A stretch of 64,000 bases of DNA from Somniosus microcephalus. Taxonomy: Eukaryota. The position numbers and the translations under genes are program-made. The notes beneath the pieces are model-generated. The model saw nothing but the letters and a program-made list of their open reading frames with translations. It was not told the origin of the DNA and ran no database searches. Positions 49,311 through 60,228 of this stretch are shown piece after piece. The stretch is from contig CM126205.1 in assembly GCA_052327205.1 (NCBI GenBank), positions 329,902,001 through 329,966,000 of the forward strand, written 5' to 3'. Every line of letters begins with the position of its first letter. Position 1 is the stretch's first letter.

Positions 49311-49922
49311 CAGTGCAGCCCCCACAGTCTCTTGGTAATCGAATTAATGAAGGTCAAATCCAAAAGTACCTGTAAAGTGATGCTCAGTAGTCAAAACTAC
49401 TTCACACAGCGTTGACTCTATGCAGAAGTCTCTCTCTCTCTCTCAGAATCTCTCTCTCACTCAGAATGAGTGGTGTAAAAATGTCTACCACAGAAAAAGC
49501 CAGGAAGAGGCCGCCTTTAAATAGCGCCCCCCGAGCCCCACTCTGACTGGGAAACGTTCCAGTCTCCCTGTCGTTGCTTGCGGCAGGCGGAAAGGAGGGG
49601 GCGCCACTCAATATCCGGTCCGGGGCGCCACAAGGACGTTGCACACTCGACTAATGTCAAGATCTGCGGGCGCTGGAGATTGGGGCGGTAGTGTTTAGCG
49701 CCGCCGCAAAATGTCTGGTCAATTTCGCGAGCGGCGCAGACATCGCCGCGCCCGGGCGCTAGTTGATTTGTTCCCATTAGCACCCTCTTAAGGTACTAAT
49801 GGGAGGTGCAAACCAACCGAATTTTTCTCCCAAAATATTTATGGGGCAATAATTTGATTCTGTTCTGCGGAGTGGGAGCCTCATCTGTCAAGAATGGGTG
49901 TTGGAAATTCCAACGCATGTTG

Positions 49923-50225
49923 TAAGAACATAAGAAATAGGAGCAGGAGTAGGCCGTATGGCCCCTCGAGCCAGCACCGCAACTCAATAAGATCATGGCT
50001 GATCTTCGAGCTCAACTCCACTTTCCCGCCCGATCCCAATATCCTTTGATTACCTTATACTCAGTGACTGAGCCTCCACAGCCCTCTGGGGTAGAGAATT
50101 CCAAAGATTCACCATGCTCTGAGTGAAGAAATTTCTTCTCATCTCAGTCCTAAATGGCCGACCCGTTATCCTGAGACTTTGACCCCCTAGCTCTAGACTC
50201 TCCGGACAGGGGAAACAACTTCTCA
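49923..50225 (-). mobile_element. CR1 3' end
   Basis: AAGAACATAAGAAATAGGAGCAGG tail; similar to 8834-9150. Confidence 0.8.
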
Positions 50226-51782
50226 ACAAGCTTTCGTATCATTAATCGGCTGGAAAGTTGTGCACAGCACATGGCAGAATTTCCAGCAAGCACTCTCAGC
50301 AGGCAGTGCTATATACCCCTAATATATTAAATAGTCATTGGCCCAGTCAACAGCCAGAGAGAAAACTGAGCATCGATACTGGGGTACCTATAGGTACTGT
50401 GAGAGGCTCCCTGATCTCCTGCTGTAACTTCGGGTGGAAGATCAGGGAAAAGCCCAAAGAAACGGCATAAACAGCCATTTCTCCAGAGTTTCTGACTAAT
50501 CTTCCGCCAACGTCACTGCAGAAAATAGGAAGAACCCCCTGCGGAAACTCCAGGTGCCTGTTCGCACTCAAATTTCCACCATTTTGCAGCTCGTAAGGTG
50601 TGGACAACTTTACCGAGTCCCCATGAGTTACAGCAAACCATGAAGCCCTAAAATAAGCTCCGTGTTAATAGCTGATTACTCTCCTGATAATGGAGCCTTA
50701 TTGCTCTGCTCACTCCCCTGTCAAACTACAGACTATATTATTGCTGTGCGTTGCTGCCCTTTATTAAAATGCTCTTAGTTAAACCCAGTCCTGCAGATTC
50801 AGTTATTCTGGCTTTCATTGTAAAATAAGCAATCACAGTATTATACAATTAATTATGCTTTTTGGCAGTTTGGTGTCAGGCTTTTCTGAACTGGACATCA
50901 TTTTTGCTAAAACTCTGAAGCTTCACATTAAAGATCGCTCTTGAAAACATTCATGTTAATGGGGGAGAGAAGGAAGACATAAAAGAAATGCAAATGGATA
51001 GCCTTTCCGCTTCGGTATATTTAATTTCTGGTGCAGAATCCTTAAATTAGTCGGTTGGCTGTCAATCTCTTATTTTACAAACGGAATTTGCAATCTTTAT
51101 ACTTTCTCTCTGTTCCAGAGCTTCTGATTTTTTTATTCTTTATTTTGAAAAGTTTCTTCCATTTTTTAATGAACAGCCAAGCACACATCATCTTACAGCC
51201 TCAATGTCATTTGTTTTGCTACAACAAGGAAACAGACACCAGTGCGCAGCTCAACATGATGACACCTTTATGGGAAACCATGCTTAGAACATGGGGTTTC
51301 AGTATTATGGCCGGACAGCTACAATTTGGAGCCATACCCGAGGGAATCGCAGGTCATAGAAATTTATGGCGCAGAAGGAGGCCATTCGGCCCATCGTGTC
51401 TGTACCTCCATCTGTCAAGATGGAGGGAACTTGCAGGAAAGTTGCCTTCAGTCATCCATAAATAAAAAAATAACTTTAAAATCAACTTGGAAAGTTTCTT
51501 CCACTACAATAAATACTTTTGCCCATGATGCCCCAAGTTGACATGGATGATTTCCCCAATTTGGTCAGATCTACAAGCCTCATAGAAATGAAGATGGTGC
51601 TCCTGTGAGTTTATGAGGAGACAACAATTGCATCCTGAGGCATTTGACCGCACCTTGGGACGTGCATTTATAAACCCTCCAAATGTACCTGGAGATGTCA
51701 GAGCCTTCACTGTCGTCACTTCATAAGGGAAATGTCTATAGTGTTATGCCATCTGTTGCACAATAACCTGTACATAACGTTC

Positions 51783-52544
51783 GGGCCAGAACTTTGGGTC
51801 CCCACGGGTGAGTACGCGCTGGGTACTCACGCAGAGGCCCAACGAAAGTGCCGGTTTTGTGCCTGCATTGCGCATGCGCGGGAAACCGGAACTTCCATTC
51901 CCTTAAAGGAAGGGGTTCACAGGTCGAACGCGTGCGCCGGAGAGGCAGCGCGTACGCCTGGAACTTTCAGTTTTTTTGCAGCTTTCTCCGGGAGGGTAAG
52001 TCTCCAGGAGCTACGCTTGTAAAAAGCAGTCGCAAGGCCTGCTTTTAACAAGGTAAGTGGTGAATTAAGTTAAATTAAAACATTTTTTCCACAGGTTTAT
52101 TGTTTTTAAATACTTTAAAGAAAGGTAAGTTTATTTTTAGCCCCGTTAGAAACTGTAATTAATTTTTTCAAAAATTTAAATTATTGTTTAAAATAGTTAT
52201 TTTATGTAATTTATAGTTATTTTAAAAATGTGATTTTTAAAAAATTTATTTGAAGTTTTAGTTATGTTTTGGGGCTGAATTGTATTCATAGATTTGACAG
52301 GTCTTCCTGTCAAATCTATGAATACAGATTCCCTGCTACCATTGGCTCTCCATGGCCCACGTGATCCCAGGGGACGCTTCGAACTAACTGCGCCCCTGGG
52401 ATACGCAAGCACTGCGCGCCGGCAGTTGGAGCAGGCCCAGGATCGGAATCCCACGCGGGCCCACCGCACAACGGCCGGCGCGCTAGGTAAGTGCAGGTCG
52501 GAGGCTTGCACCCGCGGGAAGCCCCCGACCCGAATTTCTGGGCC
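51783..52544. mobile_element. Harbinger-type MITE with AT-rich core
   Basis: TIRs GGGCCAGAACTTTGGG / CCCGAATTTCTGGGCC; GC-rich arms around an AT-rich centre; TSD not evident. Confidence 0.7.
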
Positions 52545-53306
52545 AACATCTGGATCAAAGATTGCCCTTTCTGTAAAAGTGACGGGTACCACAGTATGTA
52601 TGAAGCGTTCATCCTACTGCATCCTTCCTGGTCTCCTCTGGAGACATTTACCACATCATGCAGCTTGATTGTCAGGACAGCAACAGGCGTGCTCAAACGC
52701 CTCAGCTATTGTTACCCCTCAACTATTGTTACACCTGCATTTGTTGGCCCCTCCCAAACTCCTCTTCCTCATCTCAGTTATAGGAGGAGAAAACACACCC
52801 ATGTTTTGGGTGTAAAACAAACTCTCTCCAAGAGCCGGCACAGGCACAGTGGACCAAATGGCCTCCTTCTGTGCTGTAAGATTCGATGGGATGAAAAGGA
52901 ATGACTTCAAGAGAATCAATGAGTGCATTTAAATTCAGATTATTAGGTTAGACTGGCTCAGAAAAGCTCGCATTTTAGCAATATCAAGAGAAGATTCACT
53001 TGGCTTGCCGCCTCATCTTAATTTCCTCAGCAAGACTTCAAATCAATCTTAATGGAGCAAGTAATACTTTCAAAGATAAAGAACCCAGTTTGCTATTTCT
53101 CAGCTGGGCATAGTAAAACTAGAGGCCATCAATATAAGATAGTCACCAAGAAATTAAACAGCGAATTTAGAAGAAACCTCTTTACCCAGAGAGTGATGAG
53201 AATGTGGAACTCGCCACCGCAGGGAGTAGCTGAAGCGAATAGTATAGAAGCATTTAAGGGGAGGCTGGACAAGCATATGAGGGAGAAGGGAATAGAGGGT
53301 TATGCT

Positions 53307-56300
53307 TGTAAAGTCTGTGGGTTATATGGTGAATTAATACACAGACTACAAGAGTAACTTTAACAGGACTTTACTATTCGAAGGTCAGGGCGAATCTGCC
53401 CAATAAATCCTTACACAGCACTTATATACCGGTGTGGTCACCACCGGTACTAGAGTATACAGTAGCCAAGATAAAGTAGTGCAACCCTTAAAATAGTTCT
53501 CTTAAAGGTGGAACGTTACATACACTACAATCCTCCCTTTTTAGGTTAACAATATATACATATTCCCATTAATATAACATCTTAACATATATACAACTTT
53601 ATGTGAAACAGTTCACAGATTCAGTCTCTCTGGAGGCTTCCGGACTCTGTCCGGATAACGCCTCGGTGGTGTAGTCGTTTTCGGTGGTGTAGTAGGTTCT
53701 TCTGGCAAGGTCGATTCGGCTTGAAGGACCGTTTCAGGTTCATCGGATTCCAGTATTACCGGATCGGAGGTAGATGCTCTGGGTATCTCTGCTTCAACAT
53801 TAGACGTATAGAGTTGTGGAGTAGGTTGGGCCTTTGTGGATGATTCTATGATCTGGTCAACATGGCGCCTTATTATGCTTTCACCAATGTCCACGGTATA
53901 CATCAATGGTCCTAGCCTTTTTCCAATAGTTCCCGGCTGCCATTTCTCGGTACGGTAGTCTCGGGCCAAAACTTGTTGACCTATCTGAAAGGATCTAGTT
54001 GGCCTTTCATTCATGCCTTGAAATTGCCAGTTCTCTACGTCCCTTCTGACGTTTGGCTTAATCAAATCCAGCCGGCATCTTATTCTTCTATTGAAAAACA
54101 TCATGGCGGGAGTTTGGTTTGTGACCGCATGTGTTGCATTCCTGTACGCCAACAAGAAGTTATCTACCTTATGTTGTAGATTTATGTCTTCATTACCCAT
54201 GGCCTTTATGGCCTTCTTGAAGGTCTGGACAAACCTTTCAGCTAATCCATTGGTGGCGGGATGGTATGGGGCGGACGTATAGTGCTTGACCCCATTGCTT
54301 TTTAAGAACTTCCTGAATTCTTCGGACACAAATTGCGGTCCATTATCAGAACAGATCTGTTCCGGCAGCCCATTCCTGGCAAATATGGTCCTTAATACTG
54401 TGATGGTTTTTTCCGTGGTGGTGGAGGACATTTTTATTACCTCCGGCCACTTGGAGTGTGCATCCGCCGCGATTAAAAACATTGAGTCCATAAATGGACC
54501 AGCAAAGTCGATATGTACCCTTTGCCATGGAGATGAGGGCCACTCCCATGGATGCAGAGGAGCTTGTGGTGGCGCGTTTTGGACCTTCTGGCATCCTAGA
54601 CAGCTCTTGGTTATTTCTTCGATGTCTCCATCAATACCTGGCCACCACACAAACGCTCTGGCTAGGTTCTTCATTTTCACTCCACCCAGATGCCCCTCGT
54701 GAAGCTCCTTTAGTACTTTCTGCTGGAGTTTGGGTGGAATCACCACTCTAGCTCCACACACCAAGGTTCCTCGGCACACTGACAGCTGTTCTCTTCTGTG
54801 CGAAAATGCTGGCAGCATTGGTTCGCCATGTACTGGCCATCCCTCCACCATTAAATCGTAGACTCGTGAGAGAGTCGGGTCATTTCTTGTTTCCTTTTCG
54901 ATCATGGAATTTGTTACTGGTAGACATTCCATTATGGTTGAGTGGAACATCTCCACTGGGTCCACTGTAGTCGCCTCTTCTTCCACTGGCAACGGTAGGC
55001 GCGATAACCCATCAGCATTTCCATGCTGTTTGGACCTTTTGTATTCGATGTCATATTGGTGTGCCCCTAGTAGAACGGACCACCTCTGTAGCCTTTGTGC
55101 TGTCATAGTGGAAACGGCCTTGTTAGGGTTGAATATGGACACCAACGGCTGGTGGTCTGTCAGCAATGTAAACTTCTTGCCCTGCAGGTAATGATTGAAT
55201 TTCTTTACTCCCCACACAAGGCTGAGAGCCTCCCTATCTATCTGAGCATAATTTCGCTCAGCGGAGGTCAATGATCGGGACGCAAATGCAACTGGCCTTT
55301 CCGAGCCATTTGGTAACTTGTGTGAGAGTACAGCTCCAATACCATAAGGGGAAGCATCACAAGCTAGACGAAGAGGTAGCGTTGGGTTGAAGTGAGCCAA
55401 CACTTCCTCAGAGGTAATCAACGCCTTGCTTCTGCGAAAGGCCTTCTTGCAGTCCTCGCTCCACTTCCATGGTACTTCTTTCCGCAACAGAGCATTCAGC
55501 GGATGCAGCACCGTGGATAGATTTGGCAGAAACTTATGGTAATAATTAATCAACCCCAGAAACGACCTCAACTGTGATACATTTTCTGGAGCGGGGGCCT
55601 TCACGACCGCTTCGATCTTGTCAGGTGACTTGTGCAGCCCCTCTTGGTCAATGACATGACCGCAGTACGAGATCCGTTTCTGGAAGAACTCACATTTCTG
55701 GCGATTAACTCGAAGGCCATATTCCTTCAACCTGGTGAGCACCAGTTTCAAATTTGTGAGGTGTTCCTCCTCGTCTTCTCCCGTAATCAGGATATTGTCC
55801 AAGTAAAACTGAGTGCTTGGAATACCCTGTAAGACCTGCTCCATGGCCCTCTGCCAAATTGCTGGAGCCGAAGCTACTCCAAAAACCAGTCTATTATATC
55901 GATACAAGCCTCTGTGCGTGTTGATTGTGAGATACTGGCGTGACTCTTCCTCGACCTCCATCTGTAAATATGCTTGTGCCAGGTCTATCTTGGTGAAGTG
56001 TTTCCCGCCAGACAATGAAGCAAAGATATCCTCAATCCGCGGAAGCGGGTATTGTACCGTGTGAAGCACCGGATTAACTGTGATCTTGAAGTCTCCGCAG
56101 ATGCGGACCTTCCCCGGTCCCCCTGGCTTGCTACTTGATGAAGACTTCATGACGGGAACAATGGGCGTGGCCCACTCACTCCAGTCCACCTTTGACAGTA
56201 CCCCTGCACGTTCAAGCTCTTCCAGTTCTGCCTCCACAGCAGGTCGTATCGCGTAAGGTACCGATCTGGCTTTGAAAAATTTTGGGGTTGCATGTTCTGC

Positions 56301-58824
56301 AATCTTGATTTTTGCCTTAATTCCTCTCAGTGTTCCCAGTCCCTGCTGGAATACCTCTTTAGCCTCGTCCAATATTCTGGACAACCGTTCAGGTTTGACA
56401 TCTTTCTTTCCGAAATCTACCGTCATTGTGTTTAGTGAGTGCCAGTCTATCTTTATTTTCCTGATCCACTCCCATCCCAGAAGTGGTGGACCTCCCTCGG
56501 GTAGTACATATAAGTCCATTCCTTGGTGATCTTTGCCCTTGTGTCTCACCTTGACTTTTATCTTTCCGATGGGGTATACTTTATGCCCCGTGTATGTCTG
56601 CAATACTATCTCCATATCCCGTAGGGGAATATGTTTGAATAACTTTTTGTAATCTTGTTTATTCATGACCGTCAACGCCGATCTGGTGTCCACTTCCATC
56701 TTCACTTGGACTTTTGCAATCTGCAGTGTGACCCAGATAGTTTGTCGGTCAGCTTCTTTACTCACATTGTGAATCCTCAGACTACCCAGTTCCTTGCTGT
56801 TGGGGTCTGAATCCAAATTCAGTTCATCTGGACTCTTCACAGTCACCTTATGTACCTTTCTGTACTTCTTCTGCGGTGACTTATTGTTGCTGGTCTTCTT
56901 TCCTGACCGGCATACTTTAGCTATGTGACCAAGTTTGCCACATTTTCTACATTCCTGGTTTTTAAACCAGCATTGGTTCTGGTCGTGTGTTGTCTTCCCA
57001 CAACGGTAACATTTCGTTGTACCCGAAGTCATTTGATCCACACTGAGTACCGCTGTCTTCAGCTGCATTTCCGCTGTGCCTCTCGCTGCGGCTTCGTGCG
57101 ATGCTGCAATAAGGACAGCCTTATCAAGTGTAAGATCGTTCTCTTCGAGCAGTCGCTTTTGCGTTCCTTCCTTCGACATCCCGCACACGAACTTGTCTCT
57201 CAGTGCCTCTGTCAGATTTACCCCAAACTGGCAGTCTTTTGCTAGCCTACGCAGTTCAACCAGGTACTCCGCGTTGCTTTCCTCCTTTAGTTGCGTTCTC
57301 CCGTAAAATTTAGTTTGTTCTGCTAACATCAGCGGTGTGGGGTTCACATGATCCTTCAGGACAGCAACAATATTAGTGAAAGACTGATCCGCCGGTTTAG
57401 CTGGTGATAGAAGATGCTTCAATAACCCGTATGTCTTCGCACCCATTGAGTTTAGTAAGGTTAGAGCTTTATCATAATTTGCTATCTTATTGACCTTACA
57501 ATATATCTCGATGCGTTCTACATATGTGGTCCAATCTTCCACATCAGAATCGAATTCGTTGATGTTGCCACGCTTAGGCATCTTCACAATCTTCCTGAGA
57601 AACAACAACGAAATTTTTCTTTAACTTTTTTTTTTCCAAAAATGGCGGTTTCCCGCACTTGTCTTCTTCCCCCGCCCACTTTCAAAATGGCGGTTTCCCG
57701 CTCCTGTCTTCTTCTCCGCCTACTGGTGGGAGGGGTAAGCTTTTCCCTCGGGCGACGACCGTTGGCTTTCGGGGTTCGCAGCCTGCGCGCCGGCTTCAGT
57801 GCATTCTTTGTTCCCTTTTCTCGGCAGGGCAACCGGCGCTGGGGACAACCCGTTGACGGCGAACAGTTCCAGCCACTGGCTGAATCTCCTCGGTCTCCCT
57901 CGCTCGGCTCTGTCTCTCCCGCTCGCTCGGGCTCTGTCTCTCCCGCAGCGGCTTCCAATCGCGCCTCCCAGCCCTCTCGCAGTCCGGTCCTTTCCTCCCC
58001 CGGCTGCGGCTGAGTTCCCCGCGGTTTCTTATTTTTATTTCTTCCCGCGCCTTACGATCCCGGTCGCAGCGCCTCGCGGCCTCGGTAGCTGCCTGGCCTT
58101 TCGCCGGTCGCGGTCGAGCTGTCTCACGACGCTGTTGCGTCTCCCAGCCCGCTTGTAGCCCGGTCTCTCACACCGGCTGCGTTCCCGCTGGTAGCCCGGT
58201 CTCTCACACCGGCTGCGTTCCCGCTTGCACCACGGCTTCCGTGCCCCACGCTGCCCCAGTCTCATCGCCTCTGGGCCCGACTTCTGTCCGGCTCCTTTCC
58301 CCCCCGACCGTGGTCGAGTTCACCGCCCTTCCTCCGTTCTTTTTTTTTATTTTCCCCCTACTCACAGTCAACGTGGCCGACTTGCTTCTCGTGGCTGATC
58401 GGCTCACTCACCACCGTGGCAGAAGGGACGATCACTGCCTGTTGCTGATGGAAGGCTTCATGTCTGAATTCTTCCTTCTTCCTTGCTCTGCAGACTCGAG
58501 TCTTCTCTCAGCAGAATGACGAGGGCGGGTGCCTCCTCTCGACGCTCGTTAACTGCTTCGGATGTATCGCTGCCGCAGGGTAAGATCGAACTCGTCGCCA
58601 CTGTAAAGTCTGTGGGTTATATGGTGAATTAATACACAGACTACAAGAGTAACTTTAACAGGACTTTACTATTCGAAGGTCAGGGCGAATCTGCCCAATA
58701 AATCCTTACACAGCACTTATATACCGGTGTGGTCACCACCGGTATTACAGTATACAGTAGCCAAGATAAAGTAGTGCAACCCTTAAAATAGTTCTCTTAA
58801 AGGTGGAACGTTACATACACTACA
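53307..58824 (-). mobile_element. Full-length, young Ty3/Gypsy LTR retrotransposon (Mag/K02A2.6-like)
   Basis: 223-bp LTRs 53307-53529 and 58602-58824 (2 differences by eye), perfect 5-bp TSD ATGCT, PBS TGGCGACGAG, PPT AAAAAGGGAGGA. Confidence 0.97.
53613..57608 (-). CDS. Gypsy Gag-Pol polyprotein, uninterrupted (likely start MPKRG at ~57581), catalytic motifs mutated
   Basis: 1331-aa ORF: two CCHC knuckles, protease DTRS, RT YLDN, RNase H CDAS..DREAL..TDH, integrase HHCC + DDE. Confidence 0.95.
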   Translation of the reverse strand: MLFLRKIVKMPKRGNINEFDSDVEDWTTYVERIEIYCKVNKIANYDKALTLLNSMGAKTYGLLKHLLSPAKPADQSFTNIVAVLKDHVNPTPLMLAEQTKFYGRTQLKEESNAEYLVELRRLAKDCQFGVNLTEALRDKFVCGMSKEGTQKRLLEENDLTLDKAVLIAASHEAAARGTAEMQLKTAVLSVDQMTSGTTKCYRCGKTTHDQNQCWFKNQECRKCGKLGHIAKVCRSGKKTSNNKSPQKKYRKVHKVTVKSPDELNLDSDPNSKELGSLRIHNVSKEADRQTIWVTLQIAKVQVKMEVDTRSALTVMNKQDYKKLFKHIPLRDMEIVLQTYTGHKVYPIGKIKVKVRHKGKDHQGMDLYVLPEGGPPLLGWEWIRKIKIDWHSLNTMTVDFGKKDVKPERLSRILDEAKEVFQQGLGTLRGIKAKIKIAEHATPKFFKARSVPYAIRPAVEAELEELERAGVLSKVDWSEWATPIVPVMKSSSSSKPGGPGKVRICGDFKITVNPVLHTVQYPLPRIEDIFASLSGGKHFTKIDLAQAYLQMEVEEESRQYLTINTHRGLYRYNRLVFGVASAPAIWQRAMEQVLQGIPSTQFYLDNILITGEDEEEHLTNLKLVLTRLKEYGLRVNRQKCEFFQKRISYCGHVIDQEGLHKSPDKIEAVVKAPAPENVSQLRSFLGLINYYHKFLPNLSTVLHPLNALLRKEVPWKWSEDCKKAFRRSKALITSEEVLAHFNPTLPLRLACDASPYGIGAVLSHKLPNGSERPVAFASRSLTSAERNYAQIDREALSLVWGVKKFNHYLQGKKFTLLTDHQPLVSIFNPNKAVSTMTAQRLQRWSVLLGAHQYDIEYKRSKQHGNADGLSRLPLPVEEEATTVDPVEMFHSTIMECLPVTNSMIEKETRNDPTLSRVYDLMVEGWPVHGEPMLPAFSHRREQLSVCRGTLVCGARVVIPPKLQQKVLKELHEGHLGGVKMKNLARAFVWWPGIDGDIEEITKSCLGCQKVQNAPPQAPLHPWEWPSSPWQRVHIDFAGPFMDSMFLIAADAHSKWPEVIKMSSTTTEKTITVLRTIFARNGLPEQICSDNGPQFVSEEFRKFLKSNGVKHYTSAPYHPATNGLAERFVQTFKKAIKAMGNEDINLQHKVDNFLLAYRNATHAVTNQTPAMMFFNRRIRCRLDLIKPNVRRDVENWQFQGMNERPTRSFQIGQQVLARDYRTEKWQPGTIGKRLGPLMYTVDIGESIIRRHVDQIIESSTKAQPTPQLYTSNVEAEIPRASTSDPVILESDEPETVLQAESTLPEEPTTPPKTTTPPRRYPDRVRKPPERLNL

Positions 58825-59639
58825 ATGCTGACAGATTTAGATGAGGAAAGACGGGAGGAGGCCCGAGTGGAGCATAAACACCGACATGGACTGGTTGGGC
58901 TGAATGGCCTGTTTCTGTGCTGTACATTCCATGTGATTCTATGCAGTATCAAGTTTGAAAGTTTAAGATGATGCTACAATGTTTTTGGCTGGTGGTCTTG
59001 TGAAGATTAGTGCCGAGGGTAGGTTGCAGACTGACAAAAATGAGGAGCAGGCGAAGTTCACTCCCTTCCCTCCCAACTCCCTTCCTTTCTTTTGCCACCT
59101 AATACAAATGACCTCTTCTTTTCATGATATATTAATAAAATAAATTGTGAAACCATTAACAAAATAAACACCCTTACATTCTATATCACAGTATATCATC
59201 ACTATTAATTAAAACTGATACAGGTGAGATTATTCACTGCAGTGAATGTGTAAATCCTTGGGCGATGGTACCTCAATGATGAGAAGATTAGATCTATTTT
59301 CACTGTAGAAGACAGTCCACAGAAGCAGTTCATTAACTTAGAGAGTTATATGTCATTATATTGTATCATTGCTGGTTGTTGTCTATCAATCAGATTCGCT
59401 AGCAATGGATTAAACTTGCAGTGTTAGACAGGTGGGTCGAATGGATATTAGGAGTGATCAAATATTTCAAATAGCGACAGTTCAAGAATTAATAACCACA
59501 AAGATGCTTATTGAAAAAAATGTAACTTAAGTTTTCTATTGGCTATCAAAACCCACCAACAGCGCAGAATTGATGCAAAAGTTAACTTTGTCATCATAAA
59601 ATATAAAGTGCATTAATCATCCAATTAATTAGAACAAAA

Positions 59640-60228
59640 CACTGTCCTTTTGAAGAGAAAGCAGCTCTCAAATAATTTATTTTGTAGGAAAGCAGATCAA
59701 CTGTTGCTAGGAGCAGAGACAGCCACAGAGGCTCCAATGGCTGGTTGGCCTGAACTGTTTCTGGATGATTCCGCAAACCAGCATCCTTTGCCACAGTGCT
59801 CTTCTCCAACACAGGAAGTCATAGAGACTGTTCCACCTGTGCAAACTCCTGACTTTCGATTGACACAGGCACCTTCTCTATCTAGGCCTGTGTCAATGCC
59901 TACTGCTGTGGAAGCCAGCGATGACCGCCGGTATCCTGTCAGAGAGCGGCAGCTTCCAAGACGCTTGGATCAGTAGGCTTAGTGGCTTACCCACAAGACT
60001 GGGGCAGAATAAACCCCAGGGTAAAGTCAGGGTTTGAGGCAGTCTACCTCTACCTTTGGTTAGTTAAGTGCATTGAAAGTAAATTGCCTGTTGAGGAATA
60101 ATGTGGACCTTTCATTTAAGTGGGGAGGAATATGTTATGGATTGTGTGTTCTCCTCCCACCTGTGGTGGCACTGTCACAGCAGATACATGGCTGGGTGTT
60201 CTCTTGGTTAAGTTTAGCTCTCTTTGTT
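59640..60228 (+). mobile_element. Gypsy 3' end (integrase tail, PPT, first ~96 bp of LTR) in plus orientation
   Basis: RRYPVRERQLPRRLDQ* C-terminus, PPT AAGTGGGGAGGAA, LTR start TGTTATGG at 60133. Confidence 0.85.

Larger units (their letters stand above)
47097..49831. mobile_element. Internally deleted PIF/Harbinger transposon
   Basis: TIRs GGGGGAGAAATT / AATTTTTCTCCC; Myb-like gene on + and transposase on -, fused at ~48770. Confidence 0.85.
53105..58945 (+). mobile_element. CR1 3' end, split by the Gypsy insertion (53105-53306 and 58825-58945)
   Basis: KTRGHQYKI...RRNLFTQRV...KGIEGYA|ADRFR continues across the TSD ATGCT; ends in the CR1 tail. Confidence 0.85.

Noticed and set aside
50395-50560. 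Palindromic MITE-like sequence (similar pieces at ~11750-11850 and ~45735-45790)
   Set aside because: Probably an old MITE family, but ends and TSD could not be defined, so it is not listed as a feature.
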